A stretch of 64,000 bases of DNA from the human T2T-CHM13v2.0 reference genome, Homo sapiens. The stretch lies in assembly GCF_009914755.1 (NCBI RefSeq), contig NC_060941.1; one strand, given 5' to 3'. The stretch's first letter is position 1. Each line of letters begins with the position of its first letter. The notes under the pieces are model-generated. The model was not told the origin of the DNA. It worked only from the letters and a program-made list of their open reading frames with translations, and searched no databases. This document shows positions 20,861 to 41,828 of the stretch, one piece after another. A program made the translations under genes and the position numbers.

Positions 20861-22383
20861 TTATTTTTCCTTTTCCTGGTCTTATCCCCAGTGCTGCCCA
20901 CTTCCTGCAAGCACAGGTGCACACACACAGGTACGTGCACACATACGCTCACGTTAAAAGCGTTTTCATGTGACCGTTCTGGAGAGGGGCGTGGCACAGA
21001 TAGGAGACACAGTCCTTCGAGAAGACCCAGACGGCAGCTTGCTTCCATTGTCATGGTTACTGGGCTCGGTCCCCAGGGCTGGCTGCAGACCAGAGCCTTT
21101 CAGAGCTTCTTCACACTCCCGTCCCTGCTCCTGCCTCAGAATGAAAGAGAAACCTTCGGGCACATGTGTCTTCTCAGCTGTGAAACTAACTGCACTGTTG
21201 ACTTGTGCATTTCATCTGCCCCCTTAATTTAAAATCTATTTCTGTCTCTTATGCAGACAGACAGGGGACCCGCATCCCTGCAGATTGTTGGGGAATAACC
21301 CCGAGTCCTCATTAGTTTGTTGCAGACTCAGGCCCCACTCCCCCATCCCAGAGGCGTCGGTGGTAATGACCCAGGGTCTGTCTCTAGGAAGGATGGCAGC
21401 AGGGTCGCATCGTCCTGCGTCCTGACTCTGAGCAAGGTTGTACCTCATGCAAAAGTTGTTTAATTTCCTCCTTCCTCTCTCCCCCTCCCCTCTCTCTTTT
21501 CCATCAAATTCGTTTTGCCACTTCGAAAGTCCACTGGGGGAAGAAATGCCTGCTGGTCCCAGGGTTTTCAGAGAGGCAGGAAGGCAGATGGAACAGCTCA
21601 TACATGAAAAAAGGACAGAAAATGTTCATATAGTATGTTGCTCCACATGATTATTTTAGGGTAAGACAGGTGACTTTTGGGTCCTTGGACTGGAAGGCTC
21701 CACACTCTTCATGGAATTGGATGAAAAGGAGTTAAAAGTACTGTAGGTGGTCCTCGGAGAGGAGCGGCCTTCAGGGGCTCAGATTATGAGCCTTGGCTCC
21801 ACTCATGGGGGAGCCGGGGCCTCTGGAGCTTTGAAAAGCTTTCAGGTGATTCTAATATCCAGCCACCTTTGAGAACCATTGTTCTAGGGGACAGAGGCCT
21901 CCAGGAGAGTTGAGCATTTTGAGAGAGGGAGGATAGAAGAAATAGATGATATCTAATGCTCCCTGTTCAGCAATTTTGCTAATTAGGCAGAAAGCAGGGG
22001 CAGAAATCACACACCCTCGGCTGTCTTGGGCCAAACCAAGCAGGACTTTAGCTCCATTTAACCCTGTAGAATGCAAAGGGAGACTCCAGTGTCCCCCTTC
22101 CCAAGGTTTGGTCGGCTGCCAAAGCTTACAGACTGCCAGCCACCCGGCCGAGCATTTGCCAAGGTGATGTAAAATATTCACGGGAACACGCCGTCTCGAT
22201 GTTCTACTCACAACTGGTTCTCTCCCTAGCTCCCGAGGAAAAGTAACATGAGGCCCATGTGGCTGCTTTCTCTTCTCAGCAGAAGGTGCTGATGTTATTA
22301 GTGGCTTGCCAAGCTATGGTTGGAGGGGGATGTCAGGGGCACGCTGTGGGGCTGACCTTTCTGTCTCTGACTCTGTTTTGTAG

Positions 22384-22532
22384 TACAAAATTGGACAGCT
22401 GTACATGATCAGCAAACACAGCCATGAACAGAGTGACCGGGGAGAAGGGGTGGAGGTCGTCCAGAATGAGCCCTTTGAGGACCCTCACCATGGCAATGGG
22501 CAGTTCACCGAGAAGCGGGTGTATCTCAACAG
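22384..22532 (+). CDS. PITPNC1: PITPNC1 coding exon 2 (149 nt; phase 0 start, ends on a split Ser codon)
   Basis: Acceptor ctttctgtctctgactctgttttgtag| and donor AG|gtgagt. Translates YKIGQLYMISKHSHEQSDRGEGVEVVQNEPFEDPHHGNGQFTEKRVYLN(S), the N-terminal PITP domain. Confidence 0.97.
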
Positions 22533-22693
22533 GTGAGTCATGGCAGCCTGCGTTCTGCACAGAAGCCCCCTCCCACCTGACCCCATGGTGTGACAGTGGA
22601 GGCAGTGGGTGTCTGGGATGAAAAGGTCACTTGGAAAGTAACTACGTCCACCGTCTACGACCACCAATCTCATTGTTTTTGAAAACAGAATCT

Positions 22694-22873
22694 GCCCGAG
22701 CGAGGTGGCTCATGCCTGTAATCCCAATGTTTTTAGGAGGCCAAGGTGGGAGGATGGCTTGAGGCCAGGAGTTTGAGGCTACAGTGAGCTATACTCACAG
22801 TACTGCACTCCAGCCTGGGGTGACAGAGCAAGACCCTGACTGTAAAAAATATTACTACATAAAATAAAATAAA
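22694..22873 (+). mobile_element. Monomeric Alu (FAM/FRAM-like); another right-arm fragment at ~23008-23100
   Basis: Single arm ending in an A-rich tail. Confidence 0.75.
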
Positions 22874-23453
22874 CGAAATGAATCTCCCCCTCCCCACCTT
22901 GCATTCTGCAAAATCGTCCTCAACTGCGTTTCCATTAAGAGGAGCTTTCGGCTCATCTTTCCCACGGCTTTGATGACGTGTTACAGCGAAATGTGATCTT
23001 AAGAATTCAAGAGCCTGGAAGGTGGAGGCTGCAGTGAGCCATGATCATGCCACTGCTCTCCAGCCTGGCCAACAGAGTGAGGCCCTTCTTGAAAAAAAGA
23101 GAATTAAAGGACTTTGTCTCATCCCTTGGTTCAGTGTTAGCTGTAGGAAAGAGACGGTGCTGCCTATATGCTGTGGACAAGTAAGTGCTGGAGGTGGCAA
23201 TGCACCTTTTGGTCTCAGTAAGATTTTCATTTACTACTGGTGACCACTTGGGTGTCCGAAAAGGGAATGACAAAACAAACAGTCACCTGTGACCAAAGTG
23301 GTTAAGATGGCTTCCACTTCTCAAGTGGACCCATCCTTCCCAAGGTGGAGGTTGTCACTCTCCTTTTGGAAGGGAAACACATCAAGGATGACAAAATAGC
23401 ACTAGTCAAGCGTGCCGTTTCTGCTTTGCAAAATATATTCTTTAATCTCTTGC

Positions 23454-23831
<378 letters not shown>

Positions 23832-23940
23832 TGATCTTCTCCCCATCCTATACTCCTATCCAGCCCATTTCTTCCTTTCAGTTCCTTTCTGAAACCTTCG
23901 GAATATTTGTGGTTAGATGCCATATGAAATATATCTTATT

Positions 23941-24270
23941 GGCAAAGTGTGGTGGCTCACACCTATAATCCCAGCACTTTGGGAGGCTGAAGGTGGTAGA
24001 TCACTTTAGGTCAGGAGTTCAAAACCAGCCTGGGTAACATGGCGAAACCCCATCTCTACTAAAAATGCAAAAATTAGCTGGGCATGGTGGTGCGCACCTA
24101 CAGCCCCAGCTACTTGGAAGGCTGAGGTGGGAGGATCGCTTGAGCCTGGGAGGTTGAGGGCTGCAGTGAGCTGAGATCATGCCACTGTACTCCAGCTTGG
24201 GTGACACAGTGAGACCTTGTCTCAAAAAAAAAGAAAAGAAAAGAAAAGAAAAGAATAAAGAAAAAAAAGA
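23941..24270 (+). mobile_element. AluJ-like with (AAAAG)n tail
   Basis: Sense Alu. Confidence 0.92.
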
Positions 24271-24597
24271 AATATATTTTATTGAAATTAACTGTCCATT
24301 CCAGCAAACAAGTCTTACGTCAGCCATTTCATGAATACTTTTACCCCTACCTGTGGCCTCTCCGATTGGCCCATATGTGATTATCCAGAAAGTATTTCCA
24401 ACACCCTAGCTGGGCAGTGCCCCAGTTTATTCACTGACACCAGTGACTGTCCATTCTCAGGGCCTCGGACGTGGTTAGACATCTCTGAGAGGAACCATAT
24501 TTAGATTCCCATTCTCGCCTTGACCCCACTCCCCAGCAGCTTGAATTGGACTATTCCTTCTTGATGGGAGACTTTGCTTCCTGTCACTAGGGTGGAT

Positions 24598-24990
24598 GGA
24601 ATTCTCCCAGACCCGTGTCCTGACAGTGAAGGGCATGAGCTGATTAAACTGATGTTTTAATTTGCCCAGAGATGCAGTACCAGGGAATTCCTGAGTCATG
24701 ATGAAATGCAAATGAGATTGATCCCATTCATCTATTAGTAGCTGTGAATTCCCAGGCTTTGGAACCAGTTCAGTGTCCAGCCAGCTGTTGATTTGCAGGG
24801 GCAGCTGAGCTCTGGGTCTGTCCTGAGCATGGCTTTTTTACAGAGACAGGTTTCTCAACATGCTGCTTTGGCATTCTTAGCGTGGAGGGTGTAAATCAAA
24901 TACTGAGCAAGTTTCTCCTCGGGGATCACCTCTGCAGGGCAAAGAGAAGTGAGGAAGATGCCAGAAAATAGAAACCTATGGAAAATTCCA
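24598..24990. promoter_or_regulatory. Candidate intronic enhancer (kB / AP-1 / octamer / E-box cluster)
   Basis: GGGAATTCC 24683-24691 abuts TGAGTCA 24692-24698; ATGCAAAT 24706-24713; more kB-like sites nearby. Motif evidence only. Confidence 0.4.
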
Positions 24991-25199
24991 TTTCTTGGCA
25001 TACAATTGCATTCTCTCAAGTTATTACCTGGAGAATGTTCCTTATATATGAAAATCAGGAAGAATTTTAGGAACTTTGTAAGTTTTGCTGAAACACAATA
25101 AGAGGCATCCAGCTCTCCCTGTCATGTCTGTTTTGTCATATCATATTTATATCATATTTATTTAAAAGAAGAGTAATAAACATTAGTAAGAGGGAAATT

Positions 25200-30200
<5,001 letters not shown>

Positions 30201-30259
30201 ATTCTCCACAATTAAACATAATATTTTAAAAGTAAATTAGGTGGAGAAATGAAACCTGG

Positions 30260-31665
<1,406 letters not shown>

Positions 31666-32954
31666 ACACTCAAACTATCTATCAGTCATTGATTGTCCTG
31701 ATTCTCCTCCAGCATACATATGTAACCAATGAGGCACAAGAAAAGAAGTATTTTTAGTTATGCTTGCACCATTCTAAACCAGGTCCACCATTTCATAATT
31801 TTAAAAAGTTCTTGGGCGTATTTGGTAGAGTATGGATGCATATTTTGGAACCAGGGAGATTATGAGTTAGCAAGAGAGAAAGAAAAAAATTGACAGAATA
31901 TGAATTAATTAGATAAATCCCCATCATCATAAAAGAAAACCAAATCCATTGTTTAATCATCACAACCTAGAGCCACCTCAAGGTGACTCAAGTCCTCCAT
32001 GCATAAGTCATGTGACTGCCTTGTGGGTTGGGCTGCTTCAGAGTCATAATTCATTAAACGAGTATTTGCTGAAATGTACGACGTACAACACATTGTGCAG
32101 GCATTGGAGAGAATCCCTTAAGAAATAAGCCATGGTCATGGTTCTTGCCTCCTGATCAAGGTAGGGTCCAAGGCATTTTCATAAGTCCACAGGGCAGTGG
32201 GTCCTGATTGTTGGACCGGCCGTAACTAAGATGTTCCCAGTGCCCATTTAATAATGTACACAGACAATTATCATTGACCTATGGACCTGAACGCATGAGC
32301 CGGCATAGTGAGTGGATTCTCTTCCTTACATCAATCTGTATGGGAAGTCAAACCACATTCAGAAACTGCCTTATTGATTACCTAAAGTAATTATTAGAGG
32401 CACTGGAAATATTCAAAGCCTGTGTAATCACAGCCTACTCTCCAGTTAATGTGGAAATGAGAAAGTTGCTCAAAGGGGAGTTAGAGTCCACAATAATTAT
32501 TATCACTAAGCAAAGATAGTGTAAACATCCATCTATCGACCACTGGTGTGCTTTGGCTGGTGGTTATGTTGTCTGTGGGGGATGAGTGGCAGACAGGCCA
32601 AAAAGGAGGCGTGAGGCTTTAGCAGTTAAGGTCCACAGTTGCCAGCAAGAGAAACTGAGTCTCTTGAGCAGAAAGGACATTTCATGGAAAGATGTTAGGA
32701 GCCCTCAGGATCATCTGGAGGCTTAAGAGTGGGCAGAAATCAACAGCCCCATGATGACAGCCATCTTTAAGTAGAGCCAGATGGCGTCATTCTGCCCTCA
32801 TCACCCCCTACCTCTGCTGCCTGCAGCCATCAGCACCGCAGCTGCCCTGAGTAGATCTGAATTGTCCCGTTTTTCTTTCCACCACTTGTTCCAAAATCCC
32901 AAACACAAGTGTCCCATTGGGTTCCCAGACCAAGCCCTGGGCTACCAGTGAATG

Positions 32955-33235
32955 GGAGAAAGGAACTGCTAAACCGTTTTCCAAAGTGGCTGCACTGTTT
33001 TATATTCCCACCAGGAATGCAATAGGGCTCCAATTTCTCCACATAATCACTGACGCTTGCTATTGTTGTCTTTTTGATGATAGCCATCCTAGTGGGTGTG
33101 AAGTGGTATCTCGCTGTAGTTTTCATTTGCTTTTCTCTAGTGACTAATGTTGACCGTCTCTTCATGTGTTCATTGGCCATTTGTATATCTTCTTTGCAGA
33201 AATGTCTATTCCTTTGCCAATTTTTTAATTGGGTC
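32955..33235 (-). mobile_element. L1M fragment
   Basis: ttttccaaagtggctgcactgttttatattcccaccag...atagccatcctagtgggtgtgaagtggtatctc. Confidence 0.8.
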
Positions 33236-33451
33236 CAATGTCCGTTGAAAATGCCATTTATCCTTTTAATACATGCCTCTCATTTCCCAGAGATTGTGGG
33301 GTTGCTTCATCTTCTGGCCCCCTCCTACAGCATCTGGCATACTGTTGATATATAGTACATTATGATGGTTGCCTAATATATTTGGTATATGAGTACTAAT
33401 GCATTAGTACATTTACATTAGTACTAATACAATAATACATTGGGTAATTAA

Positions 33452-33804
<353 letters not shown>

Positions 33805-34606
33805 TTACAACTGGCATCCAAGGAATGGGGGCATGATACTAATCAAATTCTAGAATAGTGATTCTAAATAAAACCTGTCACCCAGAAACATATGAAGGTG
33901 GACTTTTCTTTTGTCACCTTTTCTTTTCACTTCGTCGCTAGCATCTCTCGGATCCCTTCCCACTGAAGCCCAGGAGGGGAGGGAATGGGGGTGGGGGTGG
34001 AGGGGCACTGGAGAAAAGATGGAGGCTATTTTTAGGCTTGTTTTTCAACCATGAAGTGTCATGTTCTTCACCACCCTGGCTGCTGGATTAATTAGGCTGT
34101 GCTGGCAGCTGCCAGTCAGGGAGGGTTGCCAGCTTCTAACGGTGATTCCGCCTAATGCCTGAATTGATTTTCAGGGAGAGAACATTTTTCCCGCTACATG
34201 GCCCTTGCCTTCCACGGCAATGTCTCCTGGCCTCTGATGGCTTTGGGTAGGAGAGGATAAAGCTTTCATAAGTCATGAACTCTTTTTTAACTGATGGGCT
34301 TGCAAAGCTACCAGCTGGTCCTTTTACCTAACAGCTTGTTGATAGAACCTTGTGGTCATGGCTTGGGTCTCTCTTTCCCATTTCTGCTTCCTGTTCTCCC
34401 AGATCTTCCCCAAAATAAGCTCAGTGCCCAGAACTTGTGTGGCTTTGGGATATTCCACTGCCCGGGCAACAGGCAATAGAGACAGCATCAGAGACATAGA
34501 CTCTGACCAAATAGCTCATTTTCATGCTATTTTTCCAAGAATCTCTATGGTGATTGTTAACTTCTAGATATACAAAGACAATATTTAGTCATTAAAAAAA
34601 TACTTA

Positions 34607-35185
<579 letters not shown>

Positions 35186-35508
35186 CTATCCATTTATTCA
35201 TTTATTTTTATTTTTTTACCAAAATATATAAGCTGCTGCCCATGCTATGTTTGAAAGATGGCTCCTTATCTAGTAATAGCTGGTCAAGTTACTTGACTAT
35301 GTGAATATTAGACTGTATACATAGTCTATACATATATATATACACACACATACACAGACGGAGAGACAGAAACACCTGCTGGGCATCACACACCGTTCTA
35401 GGTGCTGGGGTTGCAATAGTGAACAGAGCAAACATCCCTGCCCTGGTGGGACTTGCATTCCACTCGGGAGTGACAGTGCACAATAGCCATAATAAAGAAC
35501 AGTATATT

Positions 35509-35785
35509 GGCCAGGTGCGGTGGCTCACCCCTATAATCCCAGCACTTTGGGAGCCCGAGGTGGGTGGATCAAGACCATCCTGGCTAACATGATGAAACGC
35601 CATCTCTAGGAAAAATACAAAAAATTAACCGGGAGTGGTGTCCCGCGCCTGTAGTCCCAGCTACTCGGGAGGCTGAGGCAGGAGAATCACTTGAACCTGG
35701 GAGGTGGAGGTCATGCCACTGCACTCCAGCCTGGGTGACAAAGTGAGACTCCATCTCAAAAACAAAAACAAAAACAAAAACAAAA
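35509..35785 (+). mobile_element. Alu with internal deletions, inside an L2 remnant (~35370-35930)
   Basis: TSD aacagtatat; L2 phrases gttctaggtgctggggttgcaatagtgaacag and ggtgataagtgttatggaaaa. Confidence 0.8.
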
Positions 35786-36803
35786 CAGTATATCGTCTAG
35801 AATATATACTTTTATATAGTCTGTATACTTATGTATATTACATATTATTTATATAGGGAGACTATATATGTATATATATATATATATTTAGAAGGTGATA
35901 AGTGTTATGGAAAATAATAGAGCACATGGGGTGCTTCCTTCCAACCTTTCAGTCCATGCTATCCTATTCTGTCCCCATCTGAGTACTTAAGGACCTGTGA
36001 GGGACTCTCATGCTACCGGGCCCCTCTTCCCTGTGCTCCTGTAGGAACTCATAGAAACAGAATGTTTAGGCCTGGTTGGGATCTCAGAGGTTTTCCAGGA
36101 GGCTTTCCACCTGGGTTCTGCCTCACTGCTGATGGATGATGGTGTGTCCTGTGTCGCCTTGCCAGGGGCTTCTCAGCACACTGTCCACATAACCCTGATG
36201 CTGTCCAAGCTGAGCCTTCCAGGAACCTGCAGGAGGCAGGCTCCTTTTCCCAGAATCCTGACACAAACTGTCTTGTTAAGCAGGGAGGTCGGGGGTGGGG
36301 CCCGTGAGTCCAAGTTCAAGGAACTTGGTTTCTGGCCAGTCCCTGCCGGGGAGGCCCCGGCAGCCTTGCCTCCCACAGCTGATAACTCTGGTCCCGAAAC
36401 TGCTCACTTCCCTACTGCCATATAAACAATTACATTAAGAGCACAAGTAAAAGACCAGCCAGAACAATCACTTAGAAGAGTAACTAAATGAATCAGAGCA
36501 GCTGGAGAAGATATTTTAAGACCCCAGAAATCACTGCACATAGAACTGGATGGGGGCAATTGATTATGAATCAAACAGATGTCAATTGCCAGTTTTAGTA
36601 CAAGAAGGAAACAAAAGGTCAGTATATTCCTCCTGGACTATCTTGTGAGAAATGAGGATATGAAGGTAGCAGAGTTCTATTTAAAATGAGCTGCAGTCAT
36701 TTCAGCATAATCTCAGTGCAGAACATGGCAGGTTTTAGGTACGCTGTTGAGAAGAAAATTCCAGGACTGTCTTTTCTGCTGGGAATGTTCAAGTTCTGGT
36801 AAA

Positions 36804-37110
36804 GGCCAGGTGCACTGGCTCATGCCTGTAATCCCAGCATTTCAGGAGGCCGAGATGGGAGGATTGCTTGAGCCCAGGAGTTTGATTCCAGTCTGGGCAA
36901 CATAGTGAGACCCCATCTCTACCAGAAAATTTAAAAATTAGCTGGGTGTGGTGGTGCATGCCTTTAGTCGCAACTACCAGGGAGGCCAAGGCAGGAGGAT
37001 CACTTAAGCCCAGGAAGTCAAGGCTGCAGTGAGATACGATCATGCCACTGTACTCCAGCCTGGGCAACAGAGCGAGACCCTGTCTCAAAAGAGAAAAAGA
37101 ACAAAATAAA
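36804..37110 (+). mobile_element. AluJ
   Basis: Sense Alu. Confidence 0.93.
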
Positions 37111-37471
37111 ATTTCTAGTTAAGACCACCGTAATTCTGACCCCTGTTGAGAAAATGAAATTAGACTCTATTTAGACACGTTTGGCCTAATGATGTTCAAA
37201 ACCTCCTGGAGCCAAAGCCCAAGTGAGCATACATTGCAATGTGAGATCAGGTACCAGGGGGAGTTTTGAATTTTGTGATCATAGGGATCGTAAAGTACCA
37301 GAAGCTTCTAATGGAGGGATGATTTAGGTTCTGCTCCAGAAGCTCTTTATGAAGTAGGTAAACACCCATAACCTGAGACCAGTTCAGATTATGCCTGCCC
37401 CTGAACCTTCTTATTAAATCAGTTGTGATTTCGGGAACCTTGGGGAATTTATGACATGAGAGATGATCTGC

Positions 37472-37711
37472 CAGGGTTCAAAACCTTGTTGCTGCTGATG
37501 CTTTGGGCTGGATCTTTATTTGCTGTGGTGGTGGGGGGCGGCTATCCTGTGCATCATAGGAGGCTGAGCCGCACCCTGGGCCTCTCTCTGCTCAGTAGAT
37601 GCCAGTAGCACTGCCCACCCCACCTCGCCTCTGTTGAGACAACCGAAAATGTCCAGACATTGCCAGGTGTCTCCTGCAGGAGGCAAAATCTCCCTCTAGT
37701 GAGAACTCCTG
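37472..37711. mobile_element. MER20 (hAT-Charlie MITE)
   Basis: tcctgtgcatcatagg...agatgccagtagcac...gacaaccgaaaatgtccagacattgcca...ggcaaaatc...tgagaactcctg. Confidence 0.85.
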
Positions 37712-37714
37712 TTC

Positions 37715-37826
37715 TAGGGTGACCAACCATCCCAGTTTGCCTGGAACTGAGGGATTTTCTGGCAGGTGGGACTTTCAGTGTTAAAACCAGGGAAGTCCCA
37801 GGCAAACCAGATGAGTTGTCCACTTG
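37715..37826. mobile_element. MER81-like (hAT-Blackjack) MITE
   Basis: tagggtgaccaaccatcccagtttgcctggaactgagg...gggactttcagtgttaaaaccagggaagtcccaggcaaacc, with internal inverted repeats. Confidence 0.75.
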
Positions 37827-37848
37827 GCTGTGTCATTGATATGTTCTA

Positions 37849-38262
<414 letters not shown>

Positions 38263-38742
38263 TCATTTTGCCCCTCTTTTTCCTCAATGTCTCTAAAGCC
38301 TGAGCCCTGGTGAGATGGGCCATTGGAGGTTTGATCCTAGCCCATAGACCAAGGAGACTCGATTCAAACTTGCTGCCTTTCTAATAGAGAGGCTCTTGTT
38401 TGACACTTAGAGTGAGCATGAGTGACAGACTTTTTCTTGGAATTGTAGGCTGTGTGACAGTATACATCATGAAAGTGACAGCAACAGTGGGGACTAATTT
38501 AATTCCATTTTCCTTTGCAGGCCCTGATAAATCATTGCTGCAGGGAAAAATAAATTTTACTTTCTCAGACAAATGATTGGAATAATGATGTGCTGTGAGG
38601 AAATCGGGGGCTGAGAGAAGATCTGTTGGTGGGCTTAAAAGTATTTAAATAGCGCATCATGGAACTTGTTGCAAATACCTCTCGCGTCTGGCCTGGAAAA
38701 TACCAGAAGGAACCTCCTTTCCAGACTGATTAGAAGAGTTCA

Positions 38743-38950
38743 GGCCGGGCGCGGTGGTTCATGCCAGTAATCCCAGCACTTTAGGAGGCCGAGGCGGGCG
38801 GATCACCTGAGGTCAGGAGTTCAAGACCAGCCTGGTCAACATGGCGAAACCCTGTCTCTATAGCTTGAACCCAGGAGACGGAGGTTGCAGTGAGCCAAGA
38901 TTGCGCCACTGCACTCTCGTGTGGGGATAGAGCGAGACGTCTCCCAAAAA
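38743..38950 (+). mobile_element. AluS with a central deletion (linker and start of right arm missing)
   Basis: cctgtctcta joined to tagcttgaacccagg; TSD agaagagttc. Confidence 0.88.
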
Positions 38951-40350
38951 AGGAAGAAGAGTTCCATAAAATATCAGCTATCTTGACTAAATGATCGTGG
39001 TTTTTTAGGCCATCTCAATGGAAAAGGTCATTGATTATCGTGCTGCATATCCTATATAAGTTGGTGGCTGAAACAGCTAAAATAGATTCTAGAATCTGGG
39101 GTCCTGAGGGACCATTTACAAATAGAAAAAGTCTCGACTTGGATGGAAAATTGCCAATAATTTTCACCTCCCTTCCAGAAAATGACTGTGGCTCAGGAGT
39201 ATAGTTCTGCTGGGAGGCTTTTAAATTGCTATAGGAAATGAATTACGGGGCGAGGAGGTACTTGGGCCCCGGACTACTACTATGCATGAGGATTGGAGTG
39301 AATTTGAGGAGGGGTGCAATGTAGATGGAACCCCTGCCCACAAGAGGACAGTGGAGAAGGGGCTTTAATACCGTAGGGAGACATATGCGCTTTGTCTAAG
39401 CTAAACAATGCCTGGCTTACGTGAGGGAGATTCTCCAACCCTGAGTCAGTCCATTAAAAGCACAAGAAAATCACCTGCCTGCAACCAGAATCCACATCTT
39501 CCCACACTACCATTGGCATATTGCGCTAGGGTGTGGGGGCAAACAGGAAGGAACCAGGGGAAGTTTTGCTCATGACCATTTCCTGCACGCGAGCCAGTGT
39601 AATTTTCCCACTGTCAGCGTCACCTGAGTTGCACTCCAACTTCGGTGATGGATGGAATACATCATCAGCGAAAGCTATAAAAACCCCATCCTTTTGAGCA
39701 GCGTGAACGTAAGGGAAATGAGCAGTTACTGCAGAGAGGATTTTATAGGAGTGAAAAATTCTGCATCAGAGCAGCAAGAAGGATTGTTATGTGAATGATC
39801 AAACTGCTTCTGCTGACTCCTCAGAGCCCGCCTAAGAGCAGGGGCCTTCATCTGACACTCACTCCACTTCCGGGGAACTTTGCTTTCCTATTTGTTTTAA
39901 CCCTGATTAACAGCGCAGAGCTATGGGTTAGGTCCGGCCAGCCACTGAGAGTCCATCTTTGTGTTTTCAAAAGCCAGGCCTGGTTACTGTCAGAAATAAG
40001 AGAAACAACTGGAAAAGACAGGCAAGGTACGCAGTATTTTACGGGCTCTGATTGTCATTTAGATTTCGCATCCAAGAGGGGTTTGAGACTTGGGGTTCTG
40101 TTAGCTCCATGTCCCTTCCAGCCTCCTGGTTCTATCAGCTTGGAATTCAAAACCGCTTCTTGATGTTTCTTATTTCCAACATGTAGCTAAGTTGCTGAGA
40201 GTATACGTCGTCTTCCTGGATCCGATCGACTGCTAGGCATGAGTGGCCCAGACACTTAGCTATAGGCCCCAGAGTAGAAAAGTAGCAAATGGTAGCCTCT
40301 GGAAGGACAGAAACACTTGGTTATCGGGCTGGAATAAAAATGAAATCATG

Positions 40351-40661
40351 GGCCGGGCGCAGTCGCTCACACCTGTAATCCCAGCACTTTTGGAGGCCGA
40401 GGCGGGTGGATCATGAGGTCAGGAGATCGAGACCATCCTGGCTAATACGGTGAAACCCCGTCTCTACTAAAAATACAAAAAATTAGCCGGGCGTGGTGGC
40501 TGGCGCCTGTAGTCCCAGCTACTCAGGAGGCTGAGGCAGGAGAATGGCGTGAACCTGGGAGGCGGAGCTTGCAGTGAGCCGAGACTGCACCAGTGCACTC
40601 CAGCCTGGGTGACAGAGCGAGACTCCGTGTCAAAACAAAACAAAACAAAACAAACAAAAAA
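40351..40661 (+). mobile_element. AluY-like
   Basis: Y-type gagatcgagaccatcctggctaa and aatggcgtgaacc; TSD tgaaatcatg. Confidence 0.93.
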
Positions 40662-40864
40662 GTGAAATCATGCAGATGTATCTTAAGGAATAGAAATATT
40701 ACATATTTCAATATAATATTTAAGGAATTAGCTGGGGCTGCACTGTTCTCTTAAGTTTTGCCTCTGAAGAAAAACAAAACATTGCTTTCTGGTTTGCAAA
40801 AGACCCTGGGACCTGTGCCTTTTGAGAATTTGTTTTCTGCAAATGACTGCTCCAGAGGAACAGC

Positions 40865-41327
40865 TGTGTCATTTTATTGGCTTTCTAATAACTTTCCGAA
40901 ACAAATTGCTGCAAATTAGGTGGATTAAAACAACACAGATTTATCCTCTAGCAGTTCTGGGGGCCGGAAACCCAAAATCAAAGTGTTGTTTTCTTCTGGG
41001 GAAACTGAGAGAGAATCTGTCCCGGGCCTCTGTCCCAGCTTCTTGTGTTCTTTGGCTTGCAGCAACATCATTTCCATGTCTGCCTCTGTCCTTGCATGGC
41101 TGTCCCCTCGGTGTGTCTCTGAGTCTCAAATCTCTTTCTCCTTTCTCTTATAAGGATACCAGTCATTGGAGTTAGGGCTTACCCTAAATCCAGGATGATT
41201 TCATCTTGTGATCTTTAAATTAATTACATCTGCGAAGAGCCTATTTTCAAATCAGGTCATATTCACAGTTACTGGAGATTAAGATGTGGATCCATCTTTT
41301 GGGGCAGACACAATTCAACCCACTACA
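40865..41327 (-). mobile_element. MLT1 (MaLR) solo LTR
   Basis: ttaggtggattaaaacaacacagatttatcctctagcagttctgg...ctcttataaggataccagtcattgga...acacaattcaacccactaca. Confidence 0.8.
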
Positions 41328-41828
41328 ACTGTATTTTGTTGCTCTTCCTATCTCTAAGTTGCTGCTCTCTGTTGGTTTTGTCCATTTTCAAAATGTCACT
41401 TGTATGAGTTGCTTAGGCTGACATCTATCTCTAAGATTAGCTTCCTCTCCCTGCCAGTGTTTGGGCTTAAACATTCCGTGATACCACTCCTAGGAGGCAA
41501 AGGTCAGGCTGGCCAACCCTCCAAACATGGAACCCTTCAGGCCCTGAATTCTCATGTCTTTGCAAATCCAAAGAGGACAGGCTGACAGTCTGATGGAGTC
41601 CCCCACCAGGCTGTAGCCTTCTGTCTTTACACATTTTGAGAGCACTTGAATATGCACGGGAAAAAGTTAACTATGACAAAGACCGAAGAGATGGGGAAAG
41701 GGCAGCTGTGGAGAAAAGAGATGCCCCAGAATCCCCCTGATTTCTCCAGCATTTTATCCAGAAAGATGTGGTAGTGTGGTGAGACTCTGAACAGACTCCA
41801 ATTGTCTTTTTTCTTTCTTTCCTCTTAG

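Noticed and set aside
22333-22673. ORFs overlapping exon 2 (22333-22560 minus, 22424-22621 plus, 22485-22673 minus)
   Set aside because: Antisense or off-frame shadows of the real exon; the true frame starts at 22384 and is bounded by splice sites.
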